Below, one piece after another: positions 8,904 to 19,572 of a stretch of DNA of 57,226 nt. Made by a program: the position numbers and the translations under genes. Below the pieces are notes generated by a model. It saw only the letters and a program-made list of their open reading frames with translations, searched no databases and was not told where the DNA came from. Every line of letters starts with the position of its first letter. Within the stretch, counting starts at the first letter, position 1. The stretch lies in sequence record DRR378314_1853; one strand, 5' to 3'.

Positions 8904-10004
8904 ATGCCTAAAACAATAGCCACGACTATTATCTTTTTTATTATTCTTTTGGGCTGTAAGGACAGTCAAAACACAAAGCCTAAAGTTGTGACATCCTTTG
9001 CACTGCCAGAACTGACCTTTAATGAAGCCAATCGACTTGTCCGCCTGCCATTGGATTGCCTACAAACGGAATACCCCAACAAATTAAATCAGTCACTTCA
9101 GGATTCGACCCATTTGGGCAGTCCTAAACAATTGCACCCGGCATTTTATGGTTGTTATGATTGGCATTCCTCTGTTCATGGTCACTGGTCCTTGGTTTCG
9201 CTATTAAAACAGTTCCCTAGTTTAAATCAGGCTTCCACAATTCGCAATAAATTGGTGGAAAATATTTCCAAGGAAAATATATTGGCAGAGGTGGACTATT
9301 TTAACATGGAAGGAAATAAGTCATATGAACGGACTTATGGATGGGCCTGGATCCTGAAATTGGCCGAAGAGCTTCATACATGGCAGGACCCCTTGGCCCG
9401 TGACCTTGAGGTTAATTTACAGCCGTTGACAAACTATATAGTAGAAGCCTACATAGAATTTTTGCCAAAATTAAATTATCCCATTAGGGTGGGAGAACAT
9501 ACCAATACCGCATTTGGACTTTCCTTGGCTTGGGACTATGCGGTTGCTCTTGAGGACGAGGCCTTAAAAATTGCTATTACCTCCAGTGTTGCACGCTTTT
9601 ATGAAAACGATGCAGATTGTCCCATAATCTGGGAGCCTAGTGGATTCGATTTTTTGTCGCCCTGTCTGGAGGAAGCCAATCTGGTGAGAAAAATTTATAG
9701 CCCAGAAAAGTTTAAAAAATGGCTGGATAAATTCCTGCCCCAATTGGCAGATCCCCAATTTAATCTGGAACCTGGAAAAGTGTCGGACAGAACAGATGGA
9801 AAATTAGTTCATTTGGATGGTCTCAATTTTAGTAGGGCTTGGTGTTTGTACGGTATTGCGGAGACACTTCCCCAATACTCCCATTTAAAACAAATTGCCA
9901 CTGAGCATATTAATTACTCTCTCCCCAGTATTGTAGATGATAATTACAGTGGCACCCATTGGTTGGGAAGCTTTGCCTTATACGCCTTAAATACAGCCCA
10001 ATAG
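8904..10004 (+). CDS. DUF2891 family lipoprotein
   Basis: Lipobox LLGC. Signature motifs EYPNK, HPAFYGCYDWHSSVHGHW, ERTYGWAW, HLDGLNFSRAW, THWLGSFA. Start could alternatively be 8889. Confidence 0.8.
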   Translation: MPKTIATTIIFFIILLGCKDSQNTKPKVVTSFALPELTFNEANRLVRLPLDCLQTEYPNKLNQSLQDSTHLGSPKQLHPAFYGCYDWHSSVHGHWSLVSLLKQFPSLNQASTIRNKLVENISKENILAEVDYFNMEGNKSYERTYGWAWILKLAEELHTWQDPLARDLEVNLQPLTNYIVEAYIEFLPKLNYPIRVGEHTNTAFGLSLAWDYAVALEDEALKIAITSSVARFYENDADCPIIWEPSGFDFLSPCLEEANLVRKIYSPEKFKKWLDKFLPQLADPQFNLEPGKVSDRTDGKLVHLDGLNFSRAWCLYGIAETLPQYSHLKQIATEHINYSLPSIVDDNYSGTHWLGSFALYALNTAQ

Positions 10005-10005
10005 A

Positions 10006-11199
10006 ATGAAATGGAAAATGGGGCCAGGAGTTTTGGTAGCGGCAGCCTTTATAGGTCCCGGTACCGTTACCGTGTGTTCCATTGCCGGTGTAAAATATGG
10101 ATATTTACTACTTTGGGCCCTGTTGCTGTCCGTATTGGCCACCGTGATATTACAGGAAATGGCTGCGAGATTGGGAATCGTCACCCAAAAGGGATTGGCC
10201 CATGTTATAAAAGAAGAGATAGGTGTCCGCTGGATTAAGATTTTGGTACTGGGCCTTATCTTATCGGCAATCGTTGTAGGTAATGCAGCTTATGAAGGAG
10301 GCAATATAGGTGGTGCTTCCTTGGGATTAGAGGCTATATTTGGGCAAGAACATCTAAGTTTTTATCCTTGGGTAGTGGGAAGTTTTGCATTTCTACTTCT
10401 GTTTTTTGGTAATTATAAGGTTTTGGAAAAGGTGCTGGTTTCTCTGGTAATGGTCATGAGCATATCCTTCTTATTAACGGCCATAATTACAAAACCGAAT
10501 ATTTCGGCCATATTGCAAGGTCTTATTATCCCCAAAACTCCAGATGGAAGTATTTTGACCATTATTGCGCTGGTAGGCACTACGGTAGTACCCTATAATT
10601 TATTCCTACATACCTCACTGGTAAGTGAAAAATGGAAATCCAAGGAGAATTTGAAGGAAGCCCGTAGGGATACCGTCTTATCCATTTTACTGGGAGGTAT
10701 GGTTTCCATGGCCATAGTGGTTACCGCAACTGCCATACCGTCCGGCGAAATAAGTAATATTATGGATATGACCAAAGGCCTGGAACCACTTTACGGGGAA
10801 AGTGCTAAATATTTTATGGGAATTGGACTTTTTGCGGCCGGGATAACCTCTGCCATTACGGCACCCTTAGCCGCTGCCTATGTGGCCAGTAGCTGTTTTG
10901 GATGGGGCACCACTATGAATAACTTAGGCTTCAAAATGGTCTGGATGATCATTCTATTATTAGGTGTCCTGTTTATGTCCGTAGGAATAAAACCTTTGGA
11001 GATTATTAAATTTGCCCAGATAACCAATGGGATGCTATTGCCAATTATCGCTATTTTTCTATTATGGATCGTTAACAGGCAAACAGTCATGCTGGAATAT
11101 CAAAATACCAAATTTCAAAATATATTGGGGATTATCATTATAATTTTGTCCATTATTCTGGGGGCAAAGAGTATATTAACTGTTTTTGGGCTATTTTAA
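10006..11199 (+). CDS. Nramp-family (YcsG-like) transporter, probable 5-oxoproline uptake
   Basis: GPGVLVAAAFIGPGTVT (lacks the DPGN metal motif of true MntH), QEMAARLG, GTTVVPYNLFLH; about 11 TM; located in the pxp operon. Confidence 0.8.
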   Translation: MKWKMGPGVLVAAAFIGPGTVTVCSIAGVKYGYLLLWALLLSVLATVILQEMAARLGIVTQKGLAHVIKEEIGVRWIKILVLGLILSAIVVGNAAYEGGNIGGASLGLEAIFGQEHLSFYPWVVGSFAFLLLFFGNYKVLEKVLVSLVMVMSISFLLTAIITKPNISAILQGLIIPKTPDGSILTIIALVGTTVVPYNLFLHTSLVSEKWKSKENLKEARRDTVLSILLGGMVSMAIVVTATAIPSGEISNIMDMTKGLEPLYGESAKYFMGIGLFAAGITSAITAPLAAAYVASSCFGWGTTMNNLGFKMVWMIILLLGVLFMSVGIKPLEIIKFAQITNGMLLPIIAIFLLWIVNRQTVMLEYQNTKFQNILGIIIIILSIILGAKSILTVFGLF

Positions 11200-11203
11200 G
11201 GAT

Positions 11204-11941
11204 ATGATCAATATTGATATAAATTGTGATATAGGGGAGGGTGTAGACAATGAAGCAGAGCTATTGCCCTTAATTACCTCCTGTAATATTGCCTGTGGTG
11301 GCCATGCCGGGGATGCCGATACCATGATGAAGGTAGCCTTATTGGCCAAAGAACACAAGGTGCTGATAGGAGCGCACCCATCATATCCAGATAGGGCGAA
11401 TTTTGGAAGAACCAGCATCAAAATGGTTAAGGATGAGTTAAAAAAAAGTATTCTTGTCCAAATAGAGGATTTGAATACTGTCCTCAAAACTTTAGGTATT
11501 TCACTGAACCATATTAAGCCCCATGGTGCCCTATACAATGACGTGGCCAAGGACAGGGAATTGGCATCGGTGTTTTTGGATAGTATTTCAAGATATAAGA
11601 AGGAGGTATTTTTGTTTGCGCCCTATGATTCCAAAATAGCGGAGGAGGCTCTGCGTTTGGGATTTCGAATAAAATATGAGGCGTTTGCCGATCGCAATTA
11701 TAATGAAGACCTCTCCCTAGTGTCCCGAAAAGACCCTAAGGCCTTGATACAAGAACCCAAAGAAGTTATGGATCATTTGCTCCATATGGTTACAAAAGGT
11801 GCGGTTTTGACCCTTTCTGGGAAGGCCGTAAAAATCCAAGCGGACACCTATTGTATTCACGGGGATTCTCCTTCAACATTGCAAATATTAGTGTATCTTT
11901 CCAAACATTTACCAGAAAACCAAATCTTAATAAAAAAGTGA
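11204..11941 (+). CDS. pxpA: 5-oxoprolinase subunit A (LamB/YcsF)
   Basis: DINCDIGE, NIACGGHAGD, GAHPSYPD, HIKPHGALYN, EAFADRNY, CIHGD. Confidence 0.92.
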   Translation: MINIDINCDIGEGVDNEAELLPLITSCNIACGGHAGDADTMMKVALLAKEHKVLIGAHPSYPDRANFGRTSIKMVKDELKKSILVQIEDLNTVLKTLGISLNHIKPHGALYNDVAKDRELASVFLDSISRYKKEVFLFAPYDSKIAEEALRLGFRIKYEAFADRNYNEDLSLVSRKDPKALIQEPKEVMDHLLHMVTKGAVLTLSGKAVKIQADTYCIHGDSPSTLQILVYLSKHLPENQILIKK

Positions 11942-12675
11942 GTAGTTTCAAAATTTCTGTAAGGCAATTTGGTGTCCACGCCATATTGGTGGAATGGCCC
12001 AATAGGGTGGAAGAATCCATATTGGACGAGATTCTCCAATTCATTCAGTACTTAAAAAAAAATCAGCTGGATGAAAAGGAGTGGGAGTTTATTCCTGCCT
12101 ATAATTCACTTACTTTGATATGTAAGGACACCGTCCTAGATTTCGATTATTTAAAACCAAAGATAAAGGAGTGGTATGCTATAAAAGGAAAGATAGAACC
12201 TGCCACCAGGTATCTTTGGCGATTACCAGTATGTTATGATCTTGAATTCGGGCTGGATCTCGAGGAGATTTCCGTGGAATTGGGCCTGTCAGTGGAACGT
12301 ATCACCGAATTGCACTCAAAGAGTATTTATACTGTCTATGGTATCGGATTCTTACCAGGGTTTATGTATTTGGGAGGTGTGCCAGAAGTTCTGGAGGTTC
12401 CGCGTAAATCCACCCCCAGACCTAAAGTACTAAAAGGCTCGGTTGGCCTAGCCGCAAAACAAACGGGAATTTATCCCCAGGATTCACCAGGAGGGTGGAA
12501 CATAATCGGGAAATGTCCCGTACCTATGTTCGACGTTAAAAAGGAAAATCCCTGTTTTGTCAAAGTAGGGGATAAAATACAATTTTACCCTATTTCAATG
12601 GCAGAATACCAATTGCACAAGATTGAAGGTGAGGTAGGGATTTATAACTTAGAAAAAAAAGTGCTGGATGCTTAA
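11938..12675 (+). CDS. pxpB: 5-oxoprolinase subunit B (KipI/AHS1)
   Basis: PAYNSL, GFLPGFMYLG, QTGIYPQDSPGGWNIIG. GTG start overlaps the pxpA stop (GTGA). Confidence 0.9.
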   Translation: MSSFKISVRQFGVHAILVEWPNRVEESILDEILQFIQYLKKNQLDEKEWEFIPAYNSLTLICKDTVLDFDYLKPKIKEWYAIKGKIEPATRYLWRLPVCYDLEFGLDLEEISVELGLSVERITELHSKSIYTVYGIGFLPGFMYLGGVPEVLEVPRKSTPRPKVLKGSVGLAAKQTGIYPQDSPGGWNIIGKCPVPMFDVKKENPCFVKVGDKIQFYPISMAEYQLHKIEGEVGIYNLEKKVLDA

Positions 12676-13507
12676 CATTATAAAATCGGGCTTTTTCACC
12701 ACAGTTCAGGATACCGGTAGATTTGGATACAGGGATAAAGGTGTTCCAGTTTCAGGGGTTATGGACTCATTCTCTGTCTCCAAGGTAAATACTTTGCTGG
12801 AAAACGACGAAAACAGTGCCGTATTGGAAATAACCATGACGGGACCAACATTGGAATTTGAACAAGATACCTATATTGTTTTGGGAGGGGCGGAAATGTC
12901 GGTAACTCTTAACGATATTACCATAGAAAACTACAAAGTCTATAAAGTAAATGCAGGTGACATCTTAACCTATGGCAAATTATTAAAAGGGTTCAGGGCG
13001 TATTTGGGGATTAAGGACGGATTCAACACTGCATCGGTATTGGGAAGTAGATCCTATTTTAAACCAATTACGGAAAGGGATTCCATTAAAAAAATGTCCA
13101 GTCTTCCGTATACCGAGTGTAAACTGTTCAGTCCCAAAATTTCGAAACTTAAAGTAGACTCGGTTTTGGACAAAACCGAATTGGAAGTATATAAGGGCCC
13201 TGAATATAAGCTATTGACCGATAAACAATTGGCCCAATTATTTTACAGGGAATTTACGGTGGCTAATGAGAATAACCGAATGGCATATCAGCTCAATGAG
13301 GTAATTGAGGGCAATAAAGTATCCATGTTAACCTCGGCAACCCTGCCTGGAACAATACAACTGACTCCTGCTGGAAAATTGATCATTTTAATGAAAGATG
13401 GTCAGACCACAGGTGGCTATCCAAGAATATTACAGTTGTCGGACATGGCCATGTCCATTTTGGCGCAAAAAAGATCTGGAAACCATATTAGTTTTAAACT
13501 AAGGTAG
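12668..13507 (+). CDS. pxpC: 5-oxoprolinase subunit C (KipA/AHS2)
   Basis: TTVQDTGRFG, GVPVSGVMD, LGSRS, DGQTTGGYP; overlaps the end of pxpB. Confidence 0.9.
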   Translation: MLNIIKSGFFTTVQDTGRFGYRDKGVPVSGVMDSFSVSKVNTLLENDENSAVLEITMTGPTLEFEQDTYIVLGGAEMSVTLNDITIENYKVYKVNAGDILTYGKLLKGFRAYLGIKDGFNTASVLGSRSYFKPITERDSIKKMSSLPYTECKLFSPKISKLKVDSVLDKTELEVYKGPEYKLLTDKQLAQLFYREFTVANENNRMAYQLNEVIEGNKVSMLTSATLPGTIQLTPAGKLIILMKDGQTTGGYPRILQLSDMAMSILAQKRSGNHISFKLR

Positions 13508-13525
13508 GCGACGGAAATTTATTTC

Positions 13526-13556
13526 TTTGTCAATTAAATTTTAATACTTAATTTTA
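13526..13556 (+). promoter_or_regulatory. Putative Bacteroidota primary-sigma promoter of the ilv leader
   Basis: TTTG (13526-13529), 19-nt spacer, TAATTTTA (13549-13556), against the consensus TTTG-N19-21-TAnnTTTG. Confidence 0.55.
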
Positions 13557-13561
13557 CAGTA

Positions 13562-13609
13562 ATGAAAATAAATAGAAGCATAATCAAATTGGTCATTATC
13601 GTCCCATAA
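13562..13609 (+). CDS. ilv operon leader peptide MKINRSIIKLVIIVP (15 aa)
   Basis: Translated by hand. 8 of 15 codons are Ile/Leu/Val, clustered at the 3' end, and the ORF overlaps the attenuator hairpins. Confidence 0.85.
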   Translation: MKINRSIIKLVIIVP

Positions 13610-13679
13610 CTGGGATGATACGGATTTCTATTTATTAAAAAGCCTGTATCAGATATATTTGATACAGGCTTTTTTTTTT
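13597..13679 (+). promoter_or_regulatory. Transcription attenuator (pause 1:2, antiterminator 2:3, terminator 3:4)
   Basis: 1:2 TATCGTCCCA/TGGGATGATA; 2:3 TGATACGG/CTGTATCA; 3:4 AAAAAGCCTGTATCA/TGATACAGGCTTTTT followed by a T run. Confidence 0.85.
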
Positions 13680-13934
13680 AGGTTTAGCAGAACTAAAGTT
13701 AGGAATTTTGTTCTTTATTAAGTCGCCACCCAAAGGTTTATCAAAGAATAAAAACCTACTGAATATGATATGGTTTATGTGTTTAAATACTTGATTATTA
13801 GATAGTTAAAATTAAATCGTTATTATTGAATTTAAATCAAACTTTTATGTTAAAAATCTAAGGGTTTTTAAACTTTTATCTTTGGTAGTCGTAGTTTATA
13901 TAGAATAGTATTAAAATACAAAGTATACAAATTA

Positions 13935-15611
13935 ATGGAATTAAATAAATTTAGCAAAAACGTTACCCAGGACCCCACACAACCTGCCGCACAGGCTATG
14001 TTATACGCCATAGGACTGGAAGAAGAGGATCTAAAAAAACCTTTGATCGGAATTGGTAGTACAGGTTATGAGGGCAATCCTTGTAACATGCACTTAAATG
14101 ATCTGGCTCAAGAAGTAAAATTGGGAACCGAAAAAGGGGGCTTGGTTGGACTTGTGTTCAATACTATAGGTGTCAGTGATGGTATTTCAATGGGTACTTA
14201 TGGTATGAGATACTCCTTGCCTTCTAGGGATATTATTGCGGATTCTATGGAAACTGTGGTACAAGCTATGAACTATGACGGACTTGTAACGGTTGTAGGT
14301 TGCGACAAAAATATGCCTGGAGCCCTTATGGCCATGATAAGATTAAACAGACCTTCTGTTTTGGTTTATGGTGGTACAATTGCCTCTGGCTGTTTTAAGG
14401 ACAAAAAATTGGACATTGTCTCGGCCTTTGAGGCATGGGGCGAAAAGGTAGCCGGAACCATGAACGAGGAGGATTACAAAGGAGTAATTCAGAACGCATG
14501 CCCGGGAGCAGGCGCCTGTGGTGGTATGTACACCGCCAATACCATGGCTTCGGCCATTGAAGCTTTGGGAATGGCCTTGCCTTACAATTCTTCAAACCCA
14601 GCTATTGGCAAGGAAAAGAAACAAGATGCCATTAGCGCTGGTTTTGCATTAAGGCATCTATTGGAAAACGATATAAAGCCCAGCGACATCATTACAAGAA
14701 AATCTTTTGAAAATGCAGTGCGCTTGCTTACCCTCTTAGGAGGATCCACCAACGCCGTACTACACTTTTTGGCCATAGCAAAAGCAGCAAATGTTGATTT
14801 TACTTTGGACGACTTTCAGAAAATTAGTGATAGCACCCCGTTCTTGGCAGATTTGAAACCCAGTGGCAAATACCTAATGGAGGATCTACATCGTGTTGGT
14901 GGCACCCCTGCAGTGATGAAATTTATGTTGGAAAACGGTATGTTACACGGCGATTGTATGACCATAACCGGTAAAACCGTTGCCGAAAACCTTGCAGAGG
15001 TTCCAAGTTTAAAAGAAGGCCAGCAGATTATTAAACCGTTGAACGCTCCGATCAAGGAATCAGGACATTTAAGAATCCTTTACGGGAATCTTGCAGAAGA
15101 CGGTGCCGTAGCTAAGATTACAGGTAAAGAAGGATTGCACTTTACCGGTCCCGCAAAAGTTTTTGATGATGAGTTTTTGGCAAATGCCGGTATTGGCAAA
15201 GGATTGGTGAAAAAAGGAGACGTTGTGGTTATTAGGTATGAGGGGCCAAAAGGTGGTCCGGGAATGCCAGAGATGTTGAAACCTACAGCCGCCATTATGG
15301 GGGCCGGACTAGGGAAGGACGTAGCCTTGATTACAGATGGTCGCTTTTCGGGAGGTACACACGGCTTTGTTGTTGGTCACGTATGCCCAGAAGCCCAGGA
15401 TGGTGGAACTATCGCCCTCTTGCAAGATGGGGATGTCATCACTATTGATGCCGAAAAAAATAGTATCTCAGTAGCCTTGTCAGAAGAAGAGATTAAAACG
15501 CGAAGGGCCAACTGGGTACAACCGCCCCTAAAGGTTAAAAAAGGAAGTCTTTACAAATATGCGAAAACGGTATCCTCGGCCTCACAAGGTTGCGTAACCG
15601 ATGAAATATAA
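13935..15611 (+). CDS. ilvD: Dihydroxy-acid dehydratase
   Basis: [50 protein letters not shown]. Confidence 0.96.
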   Translation: MELNKFSKNVTQDPTQPAAQAMLYAIGLEEEDLKKPLIGIGSTGYEGNPCNMHLNDLAQEVKLGTEKGGLVGLVFNTIGVSDGISMGTYGMRYSLPSRDIIADSMETVVQAMNYDGLVTVVGCDKNMPGALMAMIRLNRPSVLVYGGTIASGCFKDKKLDIVSAFEAWGEKVAGTMNEEDYKGVIQNACPGAGACGGMYTANTMASAIEALGMALPYNSSNPAIGKEKKQDAISAGFALRHLLENDIKPSDIITRKSFENAVRLLTLLGGSTNAVLHFLAIAKAANVDFTLDDFQKISDSTPFLADLKPSGKYLMEDLHRVGGTPAVMKFMLENGMLHGDCMTITGKTVAENLAEVPSLKEGQQIIKPLNAPIKESGHLRILYGNLAEDGAVAKITGKEGLHFTGPAKVFDDEFLANAGIGKGLVKKGDVVVIRYEGPKGGPGMPEMLKPTAAIMGAGLGKDVALITDGRFSGGTHGFVVGHVCPEAQDGGTIALLQDGDVITIDAEKNSISVALSEEEIKTRRANWVQPPLKVKKGSLYKYAKTVSSASQGCVTDEI

Positions 15612-15659
15612 TATTAAAGGGGTTTACACCCAGTATGTTAACCGATTAGGTCTACAATT

Positions 15660-17393
15660 ATGGAAACATTGAAAAAGGAAAAAACAGCATCAACTAAGCA
15701 GATCACGAAGAGAATAAGTGGTGCGGAGGCTATTATCCATTGCCTATTGGCTGAGGGTGTAGACTTGATTTATGGATATCCTGGCGGAGCCATTATGCCA
15801 CTGTATGATGAATTATACAAGTTTCAGGATAAACTTACCCATATTCTAACAAGACATGAGCAGGGAGCAACCCACGCTGCACAGGGCTATGCCAGAGTAA
15901 CCGGAAAGGTTGGTGTAGCCGTGGCCACCTCAGGTCCAGGGGCTACCAATTTGATTACCGGTATTGCCGACGCCCAGATAGATTCTACACCTATGGTCTG
16001 CATTACAGGCCAGGTAGCCAGACATTTGTTGGGTTCCGACGCTTTTCAGGAAACCGATATTATAGGAATTTCCACACCTGTAACCAAATGGAACTGTCAG
16101 GTTACCAAAGCCTCTGAAATTCCTGAAGTCTTGGCCAAGGCGTTCTATATTGCCAGATCGGGCAGGCCAGGACCCGTATTGGTGGATATTACCAAAAATG
16201 CACAAATTGATGAGTTCGACTTTTCATACGAGCATTGTACCGGGGTACGTAGTTACAACCCTTACCCTAAACCAGACATAAAGGCCATTGAGGAAGCGGC
16301 CAATTTAATCAATGCTGCCAAGAAACCTTTTATAGTTTTTGGACAGGGAATAATTTTAGGAGAAGCCGAGGAACAACTAAAAACCTTGGTCGAGAAGGCT
16401 GGTATTCCTGCTGCTTGGACCATACTTGGACTTTCGGCCATGGATACGGAACATCCATTAAATGTTGGAATGGTAGGGATGCACGGTAATTACGGGCCCA
16501 ATTTATTGACCAATGAGTGCGATGTACTCATTGCCATAGGTATGCGCTTTGACGATAGGGTAACCGGAAGTTTGGACACCTACGCCAAACAGGCAAAAAT
16601 TATCCATTTCGATATAGATCCGGCTGAAATAAATAAAAACGTTAAGGCAGATGTAGCCGTATTGGGCGATTCCAAGGTTACCTTGGACCTATTGCTGCCA
16701 ATGATCAAGACCAACACTCATGAATCTTGGCACAATGAGTTTAAGAAAAAATATGAGATAGAGTTTGACCAGATCATTAAAAATGATGTTTATCCTACCA
16801 AGGACAGACTTACCATGGCAGAAGTTATTGAGGAAATCAATATAGCCAGTGGTCATAAAGCCATAATAGTTTCGGACGTTGGGCAGCATCAAATGATTGC
16901 CTGCAGGTATGCCAAATTCAAACAGACCAAAAGTAATGTTACCTCAGGTGGACTGGGAACTATGGGCTTCGCCTTACCAGCGGCTATCGGAGCCAAAATG
17001 GGAGCCATGGATAGGGAAGTTGTTGCCATTATTGGTGATGGCGGATACCAAATGACCATTCAGGAATTGGGGACTATCTTCCAGAACAAGACCCCTGTTA
17101 AGATAGTGGTACTAAATAACGATCATTTGGGAATGGTACGCCAATGGCAGGAGCTTTTCTTTGAAAGTAGATATGCCTCTACCGTCATGGTAAATCCTGA
17201 CTTTGTAAAAATTGCGGAAGGTTACCATATACAATCCAAGCGCATAAGCGAGAGAAAAGATTTAAAGGCTACCATTAAAGAAATGTTGGCCTCCAAGGAT
17301 GCTTATTTCTTGGAAGTTAAAGTAGAAAAAGAGGACAATGTTTTTCCTATGATTCCTTCTGGGGCATCAGTATCGGATATACGTTTGAAATAA
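15660..17393 (+). CDS. ilvB: Acetolactate synthase large subunit
   Basis: GYPGGA, RHEQGA, TSGPGATN, DVGQHQM, GDGGYQM ThDP motif, LGMVRQWQ. Confidence 0.95.
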   Translation: METLKKEKTASTKQITKRISGAEAIIHCLLAEGVDLIYGYPGGAIMPLYDELYKFQDKLTHILTRHEQGATHAAQGYARVTGKVGVAVATSGPGATNLITGIADAQIDSTPMVCITGQVARHLLGSDAFQETDIIGISTPVTKWNCQVTKASEIPEVLAKAFYIARSGRPGPVLVDITKNAQIDEFDFSYEHCTGVRSYNPYPKPDIKAIEEAANLINAAKKPFIVFGQGIILGEAEEQLKTLVEKAGIPAAWTILGLSAMDTEHPLNVGMVGMHGNYGPNLLTNECDVLIAIGMRFDDRVTGSLDTYAKQAKIIHFDIDPAEINKNVKADVAVLGDSKVTLDLLLPMIKTNTHESWHNEFKKKYEIEFDQIIKNDVYPTKDRLTMAEVIEEINIASGHKAIIVSDVGQHQMIACRYAKFKQTKSNVTSGGLGTMGFALPAAIGAKMGAMDREVVAIIGDGGYQMTIQELGTIFQNKTPVKIVVLNNDHLGMVRQWQELFFESRYASTVMVNPDFVKIAEGYHIQSKRISERKDLKATIKEMLASKDAYFLEVKVEKEDNVFPMIPSGASVSDIRLK

Positions 17394-17455
17394 AATAATT
17401 ATTAATTAAAAATACCCATAACTTCATATTTTTGATGGAGGATTGGGATAAGGAG

Positions 17456-17980
17456 ATGGAAAAAAAATGGTTTACAATTTCAGTATACTCCGAGAACAGC
17501 GTTGGACTACTGAACAGAATATCAGGGATATTTTTAAAACGTCACATAAACATTGAGAGTCTAAATGTTTCAAAATCGGAAATAGACCACGTTTCAAAAT
17601 TCACCATTGTGGTATACACTACAGAAGATTGGGTGCGTAATATTGTGGGACAGGTGGAAAAGCAAATTGAGGTAATCAAAGCGTTCTATCATACCGATGA
17701 AGAAACCATATATCAGGAGTCGGCATTATTCAAAGTGGCTTCCACCTTATTGTTCGATGAGCGAAATATCCAAAATATTATAAAGGATAGTAATTCCCAA
17801 ATTGTTACGGTGTCACGAGATTTCTTTGTTTTGGCAAAGACCGGAAGAAGAAATGAAATTGATGACATGTACCAACAACTGAAGCCCTATGGCATTATGC
17901 AATTTGTGCGTTCCGGAAGAATTGCGGTTACAAAATCCGAAATGAAAATTTCATCATTATTAAAAGAGTTTAATCAATAA
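17456..17980 (+). CDS. ilvN: Acetolactate synthase small (regulatory) subunit
   Basis: ACT domain ENSVGLLNRISGIFLKRHINIESL and C-terminal VRSGRIA. Start could alternatively be 17435. Confidence 0.92.
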   Translation: MEKKWFTISVYSENSVGLLNRISGIFLKRHINIESLNVSKSEIDHVSKFTIVVYTTEDWVRNIVGQVEKQIEVIKAFYHTDEETIYQESALFKVASTLLFDERNIQNIIKDSNSQIVTVSRDFFVLAKTGRRNEIDDMYQQLKPYGIMQFVRSGRIAVTKSEMKISSLLKEFNQ

Positions 17981-18026
17981 ATAATCAACCCCGAGACAGA
18001 TCGGGAAATAAAATCGAGTTTAAAAA

Positions 18027-19502
18027 ATGGCAAATTACTTTAATACACTATCATTAAGGGAACAACTTACTCAATTAGGGAAATGTAGATTTATGGATTC
18101 TACGGAATTTTCTGATGGTGTATCCGCTTTAAAAGGGAAGAAAATTGTAATCGTAGGTTGTGGTGCCCAAGGTCTTAACCAAGGTCTAAATATGCGCGAT
18201 TCCGGATTGGACATTTCATATGCCTTAAGAGGTGCGGCTATAAAGGAAAAAAGACAGTCTTTTATAAACGCAAGTGAAAATGGCTTTAACGTAGGCACCT
18301 ACGAGGAACTTATACCAACAGCCGATGTAGTTATCAACTTAACTCCGGACAAACAACACACCAGTGTGGTTTCTACAGTTATGCCCCTAATGAAAAAAGG
18401 AGCTACATTATCCTACTCGCACGGTTTTAATATTGTAGAGGAAGGAATGCAGATCCGTGAAGACTTAACCGTTATTATGGTGGCACCAAAATGTCCAGGA
18501 TCTGAAGTACGTGAAGAATACAAAAGAGGCTTTGGTGTTCCTACCCTTATTGCGGTACACCCGGACAACGACCCTCAAGATAAAGGATTGGCCCAGGCAA
18601 AAGCCTATGCAGTTGCCACTGGCGGACATAAGGCCGGTGTTTTGGAATCATCCTTTGTTGCTGAAGTAAAATCCGATTTAATGGGTGAGCAGACCATACT
18701 TTGTGGCTTGTTGCAAACAGGTTCTATTCTTTGTTTTGATAAAATGATTGAAAAGGGAATCGACGCTGGATATGCTTCCAAGTTGATTCAGTACGGATGG
18801 GAAACCATTACAGAAGGTCTTAAATATGGAGGTATCACCCATATGATGGATCGTTTGTCCAACCCTGCAAAAATCAAGGCTTTTGAACTTTCAGAAGAAT
18901 TAAAGGATATAATGCGTCCTCTTTTCCATAAGCATATGGACGACATCATGAGCGGCCATTTTTCAAAAACTATGATGGAAGACTGGGCCAATGATGATAA
19001 AAACCTATTGACCTGGAGAGCAGCAACTGGAGAGACCGCTTTCGAAAAAACTCCAGCTGGATCAATGAAAATTTCTGAACAGGAATTTTATGACCACGGT
19101 GTACTAATGGTGGCTATGGTAAGAGCAGGTGTGGAACTGGCTTTTGAATCCATGACCGAATCGGGAATTATTGCCGAATCCGCTTACTACGAGTCATTAC
19201 ATGAAACTCCATTGATAGCCAATACCATTGCTAGAAAAAAATTGTTTGAAATGAACAGGGTTATATCCGACACAGCTGAATACGGCTGCTATTTGTTTGA
19301 TCACGCCTGTAAGCCTCTATTGGCCGATTTCATGAAAACAATAGAAACAGATGTCATAGGAAAACATTTTGCCGACCAAAAACATCTAAGTGTGGACAAC
19401 GCAAAACTAATTGCTGTGAACAAAGCTTTACGCGAGCATCCCGTAGAGATTGTAGGAGCAAGGTTGCGTGCATCCATGACCGCTATGAAACCTATAGTAT
19501 AA
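18027..19502 (+). CDS. ilvC: Ketol-acid reductoisomerase, long (class II) form
   Basis: [32 protein letters not shown]; 491 aa with duplicated C-terminal domain as in E. coli IlvC. Confidence 0.96.
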   Translation: MANYFNTLSLREQLTQLGKCRFMDSTEFSDGVSALKGKKIVIVGCGAQGLNQGLNMRDSGLDISYALRGAAIKEKRQSFINASENGFNVGTYEELIPTADVVINLTPDKQHTSVVSTVMPLMKKGATLSYSHGFNIVEEGMQIREDLTVIMVAPKCPGSEVREEYKRGFGVPTLIAVHPDNDPQDKGLAQAKAYAVATGGHKAGVLESSFVAEVKSDLMGEQTILCGLLQTGSILCFDKMIEKGIDAGYASKLIQYGWETITEGLKYGGITHMMDRLSNPAKIKAFELSEELKDIMRPLFHKHMDDIMSGHFSKTMMEDWANDDKNLLTWRAATGETAFEKTPAGSMKISEQEFYDHGVLMVAMVRAGVELAFESMTESGIIAESAYYESLHETPLIANTIARKKLFEMNRVISDTAEYGCYLFDHACKPLLADFMKTIETDVIGKHFADQKHLSVDNAKLIAVNKALREHPVEIVGARLRASMTAMKPIV

Positions 19503-19521
19503 TTAAACTTAACTAATTATG

Positions 19522-19560
19522 AGGCCTGCCAAGTTTAATTAACATGGCAGGCCTTTGTTT
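19522..19560 (+). terminator. Hairpin/putative weak intrinsic terminator between ilvC and ilvA
   Basis: AGGCCTGCCA...TGGCAGGCCT stem followed by TTGTTT. Confidence 0.55.
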
Positions 19561-19572
19561 ATATATGCATTT

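Noticed and set aside
10006-11199. Calling the Nramp-family gene mntH
   Set aside because: It lacks the DPGN metal-binding motif, and its context is the pxp operon.
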